Origin: a virus
Taxonomy: Duplodnaviria; Caudoviricetes
Reading direction: 5' to 3' (one strand)
DNA: 52,740 nucleotides
Virus record (IMG/VR): IMGVR_UViG_3300031673_000065
Span: 1 to 52,740 of that record
Below are positions 26,347 to 35,026 of this stretch, in pieces (within the stretch, counting starts at the first letter, position 1; each line of letters opens with the position of its first letter). The notes beneath the pieces were generated by a model that had not been told where the DNA came from, made no database searches, and was given only the letters and a program-made list of their open reading frames with translations. Made by a program: the position numbers and the translations under genes.

Positions 26347-27736
26347 CGTTTTGAAGCTAACCGTCGACTCATTCAAAAACTTTGTTGCAGGGCTTGGTAC
26401 GGATCGTGACAAACAGGTCGGTGGGGAATATGCGCTTCTTACGCTGACCGATCAGCAGTGGTCTGTTATCTATCGCACTTCCTGGATGGGCCGCAAGGTC
26501 GTTGACATCCCGGCTGAAGACGCCACACGCAAGTGGCGGAATTGGCAAGCTGAAGAAGACCAGATCGAGGAAATTGAAGAAGAAGAGAAACGTTTGTTGG
26601 TGCCACAGAAGGTCAAACTGGCGCTACAACAAGCCAGACTGTTTGGGGGGTCTGGGATTTATTTCAGTATAACGGGGGACGACCCTGAGAAGCAGCTTGT
26701 ACTTGAGACGATCAAGAAAGGCTCTTTGGCCTTTGCCACCGTGCTGTCGCGCAGCATTTTGGTGCCGGGGCAGATTGAGCTTGATCCGATGGCAGAAGGC
26801 TACGGCAAGCCGCAATATTATGAAGTGAGTAGCACAGGTCAGGGCACTGTGCGAATTCACCCTTCGCGGCTTGCCATTTTTGTTGGCAACGAAGTTCTCA
26901 CGCCAGAAGAGATGATTGGGCGTTATCAAGGTTGGGGCGACAGCGTCTTGCAATCCGTTTATGAGGCTTTGCGCAATGCCGATTCAACAGCGTCCAATAT
27001 CGCTTCACTCGTCTATGAATCTAAAATTGACGTTCTACAGATTCCGAACCTGGCGGCTTTGATGGCGAACCCACGGCACCGGGAATTGTTAGAGCAGCGC
27101 GTTGCGTTGAGTGCCCAACTCAAAGGCAACAACGGAATGCTGATTATCGACGGTGAAGAAAAATACGAACAAAAGAGCTTCACCTTCTCAGGCCTGACAG
27201 ACATCAATTCACAAGCCATGCAAGCTGTATCAGGCGCAGCCGATATTCCCATCACACGCTTCTTGGGACAATCGCCTGGCGGCTTGAACGCAACCGGGGA
27301 AGGTGATCTCAAAAACTATTACGATTCTGTCGCTAGCAAGCAAGCACTTGGAATGACCCCGGCGCTGTTCAATCTTGACGAGGCGCTGATACGCTCTGCG
27401 CTGGGTGACCGGCCGGAAGACATCTGGTATGAATGGGCTTCCTTATGGCAGATGAGTGATGAGCAGCAATCAAGGATCAGTAAAGAAACCGCAGACACTA
27501 TTGGGGCGCTGGTTGCCGCGGGAATATTCCCGGAAGCCGAGTTGGGTGAAGCCGCTGCAAACCTGTTGGTGGAACGCGGCGTGTTCCCGGCGTTTGATAT
27601 TGATGCCGCTATGTTGGAAGAAGTTGCTGAAGAGAAAGCGGCTGTCGCGGAAGCTGAATCTGCTGCGGCAAAGGAACATGACATTGCGCTGAAGTCGACA
27701 GCGCCACAGCCTAAGGAGAAAGACAGTGGAAATTAA
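26339..27736 (+). CDS. Portal protein (DUF1073 family)
   Basis: Follows TerL; VVDIPAEDATRKW, ARLFGG, IHPSR, WGDSVLQ, GAADIPITRFLGQSPGGLNATGEGD. Confidence 0.9.
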   Translation: MDNVLKLTVDSFKNFVAGLGTDRDKQVGGEYALLTLTDQQWSVIYRTSWMGRKVVDIPAEDATRKWRNWQAEEDQIEEIEEEEKRLLVPQKVKLALQQARLFGGSGIYFSITGDDPEKQLVLETIKKGSLAFATVLSRSILVPGQIELDPMAEGYGKPQYYEVSSTGQGTVRIHPSRLAIFVGNEVLTPEEMIGRYQGWGDSVLQSVYEALRNADSTASNIASLVYESKIDVLQIPNLAALMANPRHRELLEQRVALSAQLKGNNGMLIIDGEEKYEQKSFTFSGLTDINSQAMQAVSGAADIPITRFLGQSPGGLNATGEGDLKNYYDSVASKQALGMTPALFNLDEALIRSALGDRPEDIWYEWASLWQMSDEQQSRISKETADTIGALVAAGIFPEAELGEAAANLLVERGVFPAFDIDAAMLEEVAEEKAAVAEAESAAAKEHDIALKSTAPQPKEKDSGN

Positions 27737-30242
27737 CAAGGTGCGTCACGCCATCGTTGACGAGTACGACCCCAACCAGCCGCGTGCTCCGAAAGGTGAC
27801 CCAGACGGCGGGAAGTGGACGAGTGAAGGTGGCGGGTCAAAACGTGAAGGTGGGTTCGTGGTTCCAGGTTTGCCGGGCGTGTTTTACAGCCAAGAAGAAT
27901 ACAAGGCTGCTAGTGAAAAACAGGAAGCGGAGTTAAAAAAGACCACGTTCAAGACAAGCAAATTTCGGGACGACGACAACGGTGAGAAAGTTACGGTAGA
28001 AAGCTGGAAGGCTGATAACCGTGGACTGTACCGTGTCAAAATCATAAGCCCGAAGTATGGTGAGTACAGCGGTCTCCACCGTGAAGACTCCAGAGGCGAC
28101 GCTGAGTATAAAGCGTGGTTTGTTTGGAATTCAACAAAGACGGGAAAGATCAGTTGGGGCGACAGCGCCATCGTTGACGAGTACGACCCCAACCAGCCGC
28201 GCAAGTCTAAAGGCGATCCCGACGGTGGGAAGTGGACGAAGTCGGGCGCTGGTGGTGAGAAAGGGGAAGGCAGCACGGAGATTAGCGCTGTCTTGAAAAA
28301 GAGAGCGAAGATGTACAATACATCTGCCAAGATTATAGAGTTGAGCGGCGACCGCTTTGGGAAACGCGGACTGTACCTGAACAACCGGGACAACCGGCGT
28401 TCCACAACTTTCACACTTCCCTTTTCAGAAGCGAAGGCGACAGCATGGATCGTGAAGAACGGCCGGAAGTATGGCGACAGCTCAACCGTTGACGAGTACA
28501 ACCCCAACCAACCCCGTGCTCCCAAAGGGGATCCGGACGGCGGCCAGTGGACGAGTGAAGGTGGTAGTGGTTCTTCTGAGAAACCGATCGGTAAACCTAC
28601 AGAAAAACAAAAATTAGATATTCAGGCCATCCGCCAACAGATCGAAGCTCTGGTCGCTGTAAATGCATTCGCCAAAAATCCTGATATCACAAAGACAATT
28701 AATGAATACCGGAAAAGCATTGACCAAATAAAGGCATCATATGGCGACAGCTCAACCGTTGATGAGTACAACCCCAACCAACCCCGTGCTCCCAAAGGCG
28801 ATCCCGATGGCGGCCAGTGGACGAGTGAAGGCGGTTCTTCCGGTGATCCTGACAGACCTGCCAGCGTCAAAGAGGAACATCTCAGGTGGCTGAATTCAAT
28901 TCGTGAGTCAGGGCAAATAAACATGTTTGGCGCGGGGGAATACCTTCGGCAAGCCTATCCTGAATTGAACAAGAACCAGGCTCGTGAGGTTCTCAGCTAT
29001 TGGATGAAATCGTTTGGTGGTCGGCAAAGAGCACTTGGATATAAAGAGGCGGGAGGCGAACTCAAAGCGCTAGGAATTAAGCCTGTGGGAGGTGAACGTA
29101 GAGCACTTGGCTATCGTTATCCGGGTGGCGACAGCGCGATGATGATGTTTGACGCTGTTACCGTTGATGCCTCTCGTGCCAGGTGGACCAAGGACGGCTA
29201 TGTGGTGGCGGAAGCTTCTGTCGCACGCACGGGCGTCCAGTTATACACCGCGGCTGAGTTGGGGATGGACGGTGATCCCGACAAAGTGATCCGGGTCTAC
29301 AGGCCACCGGAAGAAGTCTTCTCCAAAGACGCAATGGCGTCCTACGCGCATCGACCTGTTACGGTTGATCACCCTGGCGTGATGGTTGATGCGTCGAACT
29401 GGAAACAATACGCCAAAGGGCAGACCGGCGACGAAGTTGTGCGGGATGGCGATTTTGTCCGGGTGCCGCTAATGTTGCTGGACGCTGACGCTATTTCAGA
29501 ATGGAAGAATGGGCGGCGTGAATTGTCAATGGGTTACACAATGGACCTCAAGATTGCTGATGGGGTCACTGATGACGGCCAGAAGTACGATGCCGTGCAA
29601 ACGAATTTACGTATGAACCATCTAGCGCTTGTTTCCCGCGCTAGGGGTGGTTCTCAATTGAGACTGGGAGACACTAAACTAGAGGACAGAAGTATGGATG
29701 TGAAGCTGACCACGATTACGGTGGACGGGCTTTCCGTTGAAACTACTGATGCCGGTGTGCAGGCCATTTTCAAGCTCAATAAGGAATTGGTCGACACACG
29801 TAAGGTAGCAGAAGATTCAGCGGTTGCTCATGCTGCAACCCTTGCCGCCAAGGACAAGGAACTTGCAACAAAAGATGCCGAGATTGATCTGCTGAAGGGC
29901 AAAGTGCTTTCAGATGCAAACTTGGACAAGATGGTCAAGGAACGGGCTGATCTGATTTCAGTAGCCAAACAGGTTGCTGATAAGGATTACACCGGCATGG
30001 CCGCCAATGACATTCGCAAAGCCGCGGTTGTTGCTCAACTTGGGCAAGCAGCGGTTGATGGGAAGTCGGAAGAGTACATCACGGCTCGGTTTGATATCCT
30101 GGCTGAAGATGCAAACCAGGATCCAGTGCGCAAAGTTCTTCGCACCGGTGACGCAAACAGGACGACAACGGTTGATCAGGCGCACGCAGGCCTGGTTCAG
30201 AACCTTGAGAATGCCTGGAAACAGACGAAGGAGGTGGCGTAA
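27726..30242 (+). CDS. Head maturation polyprotein: four tag+cargo modules, DUF2213 protease and C-terminal scaffold
   Basis: DUF2213 motifs from ~29139 (ARTGVQLY, VYRPPEEVF, PVTVDHP, ELSMGY, NHLALV..ARGG); coiled-coil scaffold at C-terminus; N-terminal 470 aa has four repeats. Confidence 0.88.
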   Translation: MEINKVRHAIVDEYDPNQPRAPKGDPDGGKWTSEGGGSKREGGFVVPGLPGVFYSQEEYKAASEKQEAELKKTTFKTSKFRDDDNGEKVTVESWKADNRGLYRVKIISPKYGEYSGLHREDSRGDAEYKAWFVWNSTKTGKISWGDSAIVDEYDPNQPRKSKGDPDGGKWTKSGAGGEKGEGSTEISAVLKKRAKMYNTSAKIIELSGDRFGKRGLYLNNRDNRRSTTFTLPFSEAKATAWIVKNGRKYGDSSTVDEYNPNQPRAPKGDPDGGQWTSEGGSGSSEKPIGKPTEKQKLDIQAIRQQIEALVAVNAFAKNPDITKTINEYRKSIDQIKASYGDSSTVDEYNPNQPRAPKGDPDGGQWTSEGGSSGDPDRPASVKEEHLRWLNSIRESGQINMFGAGEYLRQAYPELNKNQAREVLSYWMKSFGGRQRALGYKEAGGELKALGIKPVGGERRALGYRYPGGDSAMMMFDAVTVDASRARWTKDGYVVAEASVARTGVQLYTAAELGMDGDPDKVIRVYRPPEEVFSKDAMASYAHRPVTVDHPGVMVDASNWKQYAKGQTGDEVVRDGDFVRVPLMLLDADAISEWKNGRRELSMGYTMDLKIADGVTDDGQKYDAVQTNLRMNHLALVSRARGGSQLRLGDTKLEDRSMDVKLTTITVDGLSVETTDAGVQAIFKLNKELVDTRKVAEDSAVAHAATLAAKDKELATKDAEIDLLKGKVLSDANLDKMVKERADLISVAKQVADKDYTGMAANDIRKAAVVAQLGQAAVDGKSEEYITARFDILAEDANQDPVRKVLRTGDANRTTTVDQAHAGLVQNLENAWKQTKEVA
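27750..28835 (+). repeat. Four dispersed ~80-95 bp repeats encoding DEY(D/N)PNQPRxxKGDPDGG(K/Q)WT
   Basis: Copies at ~27750, ~28158, ~28470 and ~28740. Confidence 0.95.
29694..30242 (+). CDS. Putative internally initiated scaffold protein
   Basis: In-frame ATG at 29694 with GAGGA 7 nt upstream, right after the protease domain. Confidence 0.55.
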   Translation: MDVKLTTITVDGLSVETTDAGVQAIFKLNKELVDTRKVAEDSAVAHAATLAAKDKELATKDAEIDLLKGKVLSDANLDKMVKERADLISVAKQVADKDYTGMAANDIRKAAVVAQLGQAAVDGKSEEYITARFDILAEDANQDPVRKVLRTGDANRTTTVDQAHAGLVQNLENAWKQTKEVA

Positions 30243-30676
30243 TGCCTACTTTACAAAGCACTTATGCTGACAATATTGGCGCAGCTTATAAAGGTGCACT
30301 CGCTAATTTGGAGCCGAAGGTTATCATTTCACGCACCGTGGAAGATTCCGGCGGAATAGACTTCGGCCTTGCGGTTATGCAGGGCACTGAAGACATGGGT
30401 TGCGTGGTCAGCGACGCCAGCGCGTTCCTCGGTGTTACCGTGCGCGATCAGTCGGTTGATCCGACAGCGCCAGATACGTTTGAATACCAGGCTGAAGCCC
30501 GCATCATCACGAAAGGTGTGATTTGGGTGGCAAATTCTGGCGGTGTTGCGGCGGGTGATCCTGTTGTAGCGCTGGCAGACGGCGCATTGGGAACGGGTTC
30601 TAGCCCGTTAGTGGAAGGTGCGCGGTGGGATACCACGGCAACCACCGGCAATCTTGCGCAACTGCGTCTGGGCTAA
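30242..30676 (+). CDS. Head decoration/cement protein
   Basis: Between scaffold and capsid; FGLAV, KGVIWV, VAAGDPV. Confidence 0.75.
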   Translation: MPTLQSTYADNIGAAYKGALANLEPKVIISRTVEDSGGIDFGLAVMQGTEDMGCVVSDASAFLGVTVRDQSVDPTAPDTFEYQAEARIITKGVIWVANSGGVAAGDPVVALADGALGTGSSPLVEGARWDTTATTGNLAQLRLG

Positions 30677-30687
30677 GGAGAGAATAC

Positions 30688-31611
30688 ATGAGAACTTTTG
30701 ACGCACAAGCTGCACTCGGTTTCGTAATTTCACAAACCGCGCATGTTGAATCCAGTGTTTACGCTATCAAGTATGCGGATATTCAGTATCCCGCTTTGAT
30801 TCCTGTCGACACTTCCGCTCACCCGTTTGCAAAGACGGTGACTTACTTCTCGTCTGACAAAGCTGGCGCGGCTCGCTGGTTGAACGGCAACGCTGACGAC
30901 ATTCCGATGGCCGATACTGAGATGACTCAGTTTGAAACCGCGGTTTGGACAGCGGGTATTGGCTATGGTTACGGCTGGGAAGAAATCAACCAGGCTCAAA
31001 TGCTGGGTATTGGTCTGGCTAATGATAAGGCCAACGCTGCCCGTCGTGCTTCTGAAGAGATGATTGAACGAATCGCTCTTGAAGGTGACACGACCAAAGG
31101 CATTGAAGGTCTGTTTGATCATTCTGCTGTTACCGCTACTGGCGCAACAACCGGCGATTGGAACGGCGGTGTGACCACTCCGGACGAAGTGATTGAGGAC
31201 GTCAACGACGCACTGACCAATGTGCAAACGGCGACTAATAACATTGTCCTGGCTGACACTCTGTTGCTGCCGTACAGCAAATGGAACTACCTGGCTTCCC
31301 GGCGCTTGACCGACACCAATATGACCATTCTTGAGTTCATCCGGCGCAACAATGTGTACACCGCGCAAACGGGTTCGCCATTGGTCATTCGTGCGACTCG
31401 TAAGCTTGATACCGCTGGTGTCAGTGCCACGGCACGTATGGTGGCTTATCGTCGCAACCCGGAAGTGCTGAAGCTGCACATGCCAATGCCGCACCGCTTC
31501 TTGCCCGTTTGGCAGGCCGGTCCATTGCGTTGGGAAATCCCCGGTGTGATGCGTCTGGGTGGGCTTGACATCCGCTTGCCGAGTGAAGTCTCCTACGTCG
31601 ACGGCATTTAG
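30688..31611 (+). CDS. Major capsid protein (DUF2184-like, HK97 fold)
   Basis: AAGGAG RBS before ATG 30688 (MRTFDA); GYGYGWEEI, GLFDH, RMVAY, GGLDIRLP. Confidence 0.88.
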   Translation: MRTFDAQAALGFVISQTAHVESSVYAIKYADIQYPALIPVDTSAHPFAKTVTYFSSDKAGAARWLNGNADDIPMADTEMTQFETAVWTAGIGYGYGWEEINQAQMLGIGLANDKANAARRASEEMIERIALEGDTTKGIEGLFDHSAVTATGATTGDWNGGVTTPDEVIEDVNDALTNVQTATNNIVLADTLLLPYSKWNYLASRRLTDTNMTILEFIRRNNVYTAQTGSPLVIRATRKLDTAGVSATARMVAYRRNPEVLKLHMPMPHRFLPVWQAGPLRWEIPGVMRLGGLDIRLPSEVSYVDGI

Positions 31612-31628
31612 CATCAGGAGTAAATGAC

Positions 31629-32036
31629 ATGAAAGTAATCACCAACAAGGGCAGGCGGCGACTCGGGGTTCCGGGTCGTCCTGCCCTAATTTTGGATCCT
31701 GGACAATCGGCTTCGGTTGATAGCCAACAGCTGGAAAGTTTTCGTCGGAACAGGACAGTTTCTCGCTGGCTGGAAGCGGGTGTGCTGGTACTGTCTGACG
31801 AAGTGGGTGTGGTTGAAGTTCCGAAGCCGCAGCCGAAAGTCAGGCCGGGTATACGGGTTGCTGTGGAACGCGATAAGCGTGTTGAGGAGGTTTTGCCGGA
31901 AGGCGTAACAGGTCAAGGCGTTGAGATTTCGCAATCTGGTGGCGGTTGGTATCAAGTTTACGTGAATGGCTTTAAAGTGACGGATCGCAATGTCCGCAAG
32001 GACGAAGCAGAATCAATTTCAGCCGAGTATGAATGA
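31629..32036 (+). CDS. Hypothetical head-associated protein
   Basis: AGGAG RBS; follows the capsid gene. Confidence 0.65.
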   Translation: MKVITNKGRRRLGVPGRPALILDPGQSASVDSQQLESFRRNRTVSRWLEAGVLVLSDEVGVVEVPKPQPKVRPGIRVAVERDKRVEEVLPEGVTGQGVEISQSGGGWYQVYVNGFKVTDRNVRKDEAESISAEYE

Positions 32037-32566
32037 TGAGCCTAATTGTTGAAGACGGCACCTGTGTTCCGACAGCAAATGCGTTTGTTACGCGCGATGA
32101 GCTGATTGAATATGCGGTGGACTATTATCCTGCCACCATAGTGGGCTATGATGAAACCACCGACAGCGCGATCCTTCGTGCAAGCCGGTGGTTGTCAAGC
32201 TATCCGGAGTGGGATGGTACGATGGCTTGCGGCCGCGGTCTTCAAGGACTGGCCTGGCCGCGTTTAGGTGTGATTGATTGTAATGGTGACAGTATCCCGG
32301 ACGACGAGATTCCGATCGAGGTAAAACAGGCAACATTCTTAGCCGCTCTCGCGGAACTTTCAAGTCCGGGCATACTGGAGCCAACTATCGACCCCGGCAA
32401 ACGCCAGACGAGTGTCAAGGTGGACGTGATTGCTGTCACTTATGCAGAACCGACTAGCTCTGACATTGATGCGTTGCGTCCGGTGATAACGTCGATCAGC
32501 GACATTCTAAAATGTATCGCAACCTTACCGGATGGATTGAAAGTCCCATGGCCGTGGGTAGCTTGA
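32033..32566 (+). CDS. Head-tail adaptor (DnaT-like annotated family)
   Basis: LIVEDGT..ANAFV, QGLAWPR, IPIEVKQA, VKVDVIAVTY. Confidence 0.8.
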   Translation: MMSLIVEDGTCVPTANAFVTRDELIEYAVDYYPATIVGYDETTDSAILRASRWLSSYPEWDGTMACGRGLQGLAWPRLGVIDCNGDSIPDDEIPIEVKQATFLAALAELSSPGILEPTIDPGKRQTSVKVDVIAVTYAEPTSSDIDALRPVITSISDILKCIATLPDGLKVPWPWVA

Positions 32567-32567
32567 A

Positions 32568-32939
32568 ATGGCGTTTGATTACACAGGACTGAAGCTTGGG
32601 GTGGTGGAGCCGCTGATTGCTGACTTTGGGAAAATCCTGGGTGATGCATGGTTGATATCGCCAGGTGTTAAGACTGGGCCAGCGTACGACCCGCAGACTG
32701 CCGCTTCCGCAACAGTGCCGGTAGATGTTGTGCAAACGCGATTTACGAAAGACAACAATAACGGCACGCTAGTTGAGAAGGATGACGTGCTGTTTTTGGT
32801 TAGCACAAAAGGCGTGACGATTGATCCAATTTTGGTCAACCAGATACACGTTGATGGCGTAACTTATGAAGTGATTCGGGTTGACCCATTGCGGCCTGGC
32901 CCCATTATAATGCTGTGGAAAGTGCACGCGAGAAAGTGA
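32568..32939 (+). CDS. Head closure/stopper protein
   Basis: Position; GTLVEKDD, DGVTYEVIRVDPLRPG. Confidence 0.7.
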   Translation: MAFDYTGLKLGVVEPLIADFGKILGDAWLISPGVKTGPAYDPQTAASATVPVDVVQTRFTKDNNNGTLVEKDDVLFLVSTKGVTIDPILVNQIHVDGVTYEVIRVDPLRPGPIIMLWKVHARK

Positions 32940-32940
32940 A

Positions 32941-33165
32941 ATGAATGACGCGTTGGAACCGATCGAAGTTGAGGATGTGACACGGGTGGAATTGAAAGTG
33001 CGCAATATAAATGGAGAAGGTGTTTTGTTCACCGAGGATGGCCAGATGATTGGTCACCAGATTGCGCACATGGGGCATTATTATTACATGGGGCACGGCA
33101 AAGAACGGGTGAAGATGTATCGCGCCACGTTCCGGGTTGACACGATGAAATCCGATGTGCCCTGA
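32941..33165 (+). CDS. Hypothetical protein
   Basis: 74-aa ORF exactly filling the gap. Confidence 0.5.
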   Translation: MNDALEPIEVEDVTRVELKVRNINGEGVLFTEDGQMIGHQIAHMGHYYYMGHGKERVKMYRATFRVDTMKSDVP

Positions 33166-34832
33166 TGCCTGTAACCCGTTCACAGATGGATGCTTTGCTA
33201 AAACGGCTGGAGGGGCCAGTCAAGCAGGCATTCGAGAAAGCGATGAAGACTGCCCAAGGTCGGGCAAGTATAGAAGCAATGATCGCGGCTATTATATCTG
33301 GCGATGAAAACGCCATTTGGGCCGCGGCAGGAATGCGTGATGGGATGTGGACGAATCTAACAGAGACAATTCGCAGTGCTTATGTGCAAAGCGGTGCTTT
33401 CTATGTTGGCGCGACAATTCCAAAGAACATTGGGATGGAATTCAGCATCACCAATCCCCGCGCTGAAGCCTGGCTGCGGAATATTTCGTCCCAGTTAATC
33501 ACCGGTGATGATAGAGGAAGTTTGTTTGCTGGCCAGCGCGAAGCGATTCAGGTAATGCTACAAAACAGCATGGCGCAAGGTATAAATCCGCGCACCACGG
33601 CGCTGGACATCATTGGGCGCATCGGCGAGAATGGCAAACGTTCTGGCGGTGTGATTGGGCTGACAGGGCAACAGGCCGATTATGTTTTGAATATGGCTGA
33701 CGACCTGGTTGAATTCAATGAGCGCTATTTTGATCGTGCTTTGAGGGATAAGCGTTTTGATAAAATGGTTCGCAAGTCATTTGACAGTGGCGTGCCGTTA
33801 CCGGAAGCTGTGCGCAACCGGATCGTTCAGCGTTATGAGAATCGCATGCTCAAGCACCGCGGCGATAACATTGCGCGCACAGAAACGCTGAAGGCGATCA
33901 ATGCCGCGAATGATGCCGCGATGCACCAGGTGGTTGATGAAGGTTTAGCGCCAGCAAACGCCATCACGAAAATATGGCGACATAGTTTTAGTAAGAACGA
34001 ACGTCCTGGGCACCTGGCAATGAGTGGTGAAGTGAAGAAGCTGGGTGAAGCATTCACTAACCCTGTGACAAAATTCTCGCTACAGTACCCTGGCGACAGT
34101 GACGAGGCCAGTGAGGTTATCAATTGCCGCTGCTACATCGAAAACAAGATTGACTTCTTCGCGGTTGAAGTGCCCGCAACTGCTGAACAGGCATCTGCGT
34201 ACGTGCCTGCGTTTAGACTTGGCAGCACCAGTTCAGAGACAGTGGATCAAATCTTTGACGCTCTCGGAGAAATACCAGGAGTGAAAGAACGATTGGCTAC
34301 TATTTCAGATTTCGTTTCTCAAAGAAAAATTGGGACTGTATTTTTCGACGAAATAAAATCAATTGAAGAAAATACAAAACAAGTTGTTTTATGGACAGAA
34401 AAATATTTGAACAATTCTCCTTTGCGAATGGAACTTCTTGACATTCCAAAAAATGTTGGAGGGTTAACCGATCCAGGCTGGGATTTCATAATAGTTCAAT
34501 CTAAAGGATCGATCATTGAGGGTCTTGCCCAAACTTTACGCGATGTCAAGAGAAACTTTAATTTCAAACAAGACAACGCGGGAGGATATACGCCCCTGTC
34601 TGCGTGGTTACATGAACTAGGGCATCAGATTCATTTCAAGGCGACTGTCCCACGCAAATATCTTGATTTTACTGGTTCCGGAATGAAATCTCTCACAGTT
34701 TATGGAGAAACGAATTCTGAAGAATTTTTCGCAGAACATTTTGTTCTTTGGGCAATGGATAGAAAAGGACTCGTAAAAATCCGTCCAGAAATCGCGGAAA
34801 TGATTGACGTAATAGTGGGTAATTTGAAATGA
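33165..34832 (+). CDS. MuF-type minor head protein with C-terminal zincin metallopeptidase domain
   Basis: MuF motifs IARTE, R..H..M.G, YPGD, INCRC; extension with HELGH and YGETNSEEFFAE. Confidence 0.82.
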   Translation: MPVTRSQMDALLKRLEGPVKQAFEKAMKTAQGRASIEAMIAAIISGDENAIWAAAGMRDGMWTNLTETIRSAYVQSGAFYVGATIPKNIGMEFSITNPRAEAWLRNISSQLITGDDRGSLFAGQREAIQVMLQNSMAQGINPRTTALDIIGRIGENGKRSGGVIGLTGQQADYVLNMADDLVEFNERYFDRALRDKRFDKMVRKSFDSGVPLPEAVRNRIVQRYENRMLKHRGDNIARTETLKAINAANDAAMHQVVDEGLAPANAITKIWRHSFSKNERPGHLAMSGEVKKLGEAFTNPVTKFSLQYPGDSDEASEVINCRCYIENKIDFFAVEVPATAEQASAYVPAFRLGSTSSETVDQIFDALGEIPGVKERLATISDFVSQRKIGTVFFDEIKSIEENTKQVVLWTEKYLNNSPLRMELLDIPKNVGGLTDPGWDFIIVQSKGSIIEGLAQTLRDVKRNFNFKQDNAGGYTPLSAWLHELGHQIHFKATVPRKYLDFTGSGMKSLTVYGETNSEEFFAEHFVLWAMDRKGLVKIRPEIAEMIDVIVGNLK

Positions 34833-35026
34833 TACAGCCAGATAACATTGACAAGGTGTTTTTAAACGCTCAACAACTTTGCAGACCGCCTATTTTGCCA
34901 GACGCGCAAGAGCAATTGGACATGTTAAGGAAACATGTTCCTATTGAAAAATTAAAGAGCTTTGACTGGTACTACGAAGCGCTATTCATAGCAAAAGGAA
35001 CACAACGAATTAATGAACAAATTTAG
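34829..35026 (+). CDS. Small protein, candidate immunity/partner of the MuF peptidase
   Basis: 65 aa, ATGA-coupled to MuF, same AT-rich patch. Confidence 0.5.
   Translation: MIQPDNIDKVFLNAQQLCRPPILPDAQEQLDMLRKHVPIEKLKSFDWYYEALFIAKGTQRINEQI

Noticed and set aside
26339-27736. Portal as an anti-CBASS nuclease, a label sometimes attached to DUF1073 proteins
   Set aside because: Position and motifs fit a plain portal; I see no additional phosphoesterase domain with paired HxT motifs.
27750-28835. Repeat-spacer pattern as a CRISPR-like or attC cassette array
   Set aside because: Repeats are degenerate at third codon positions and lie in one continuous ORF, so conservation is at protein level; spacers are 200-330 bp and there is no integrase.
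30730-31614. Long antisense ORFs (this one, also 11158-12003, 18389-19174, 41729-42487, 51361-52065)
   Set aside because: They mirror well-supported genes on the other strand and show no motifs; expected from codon bias.
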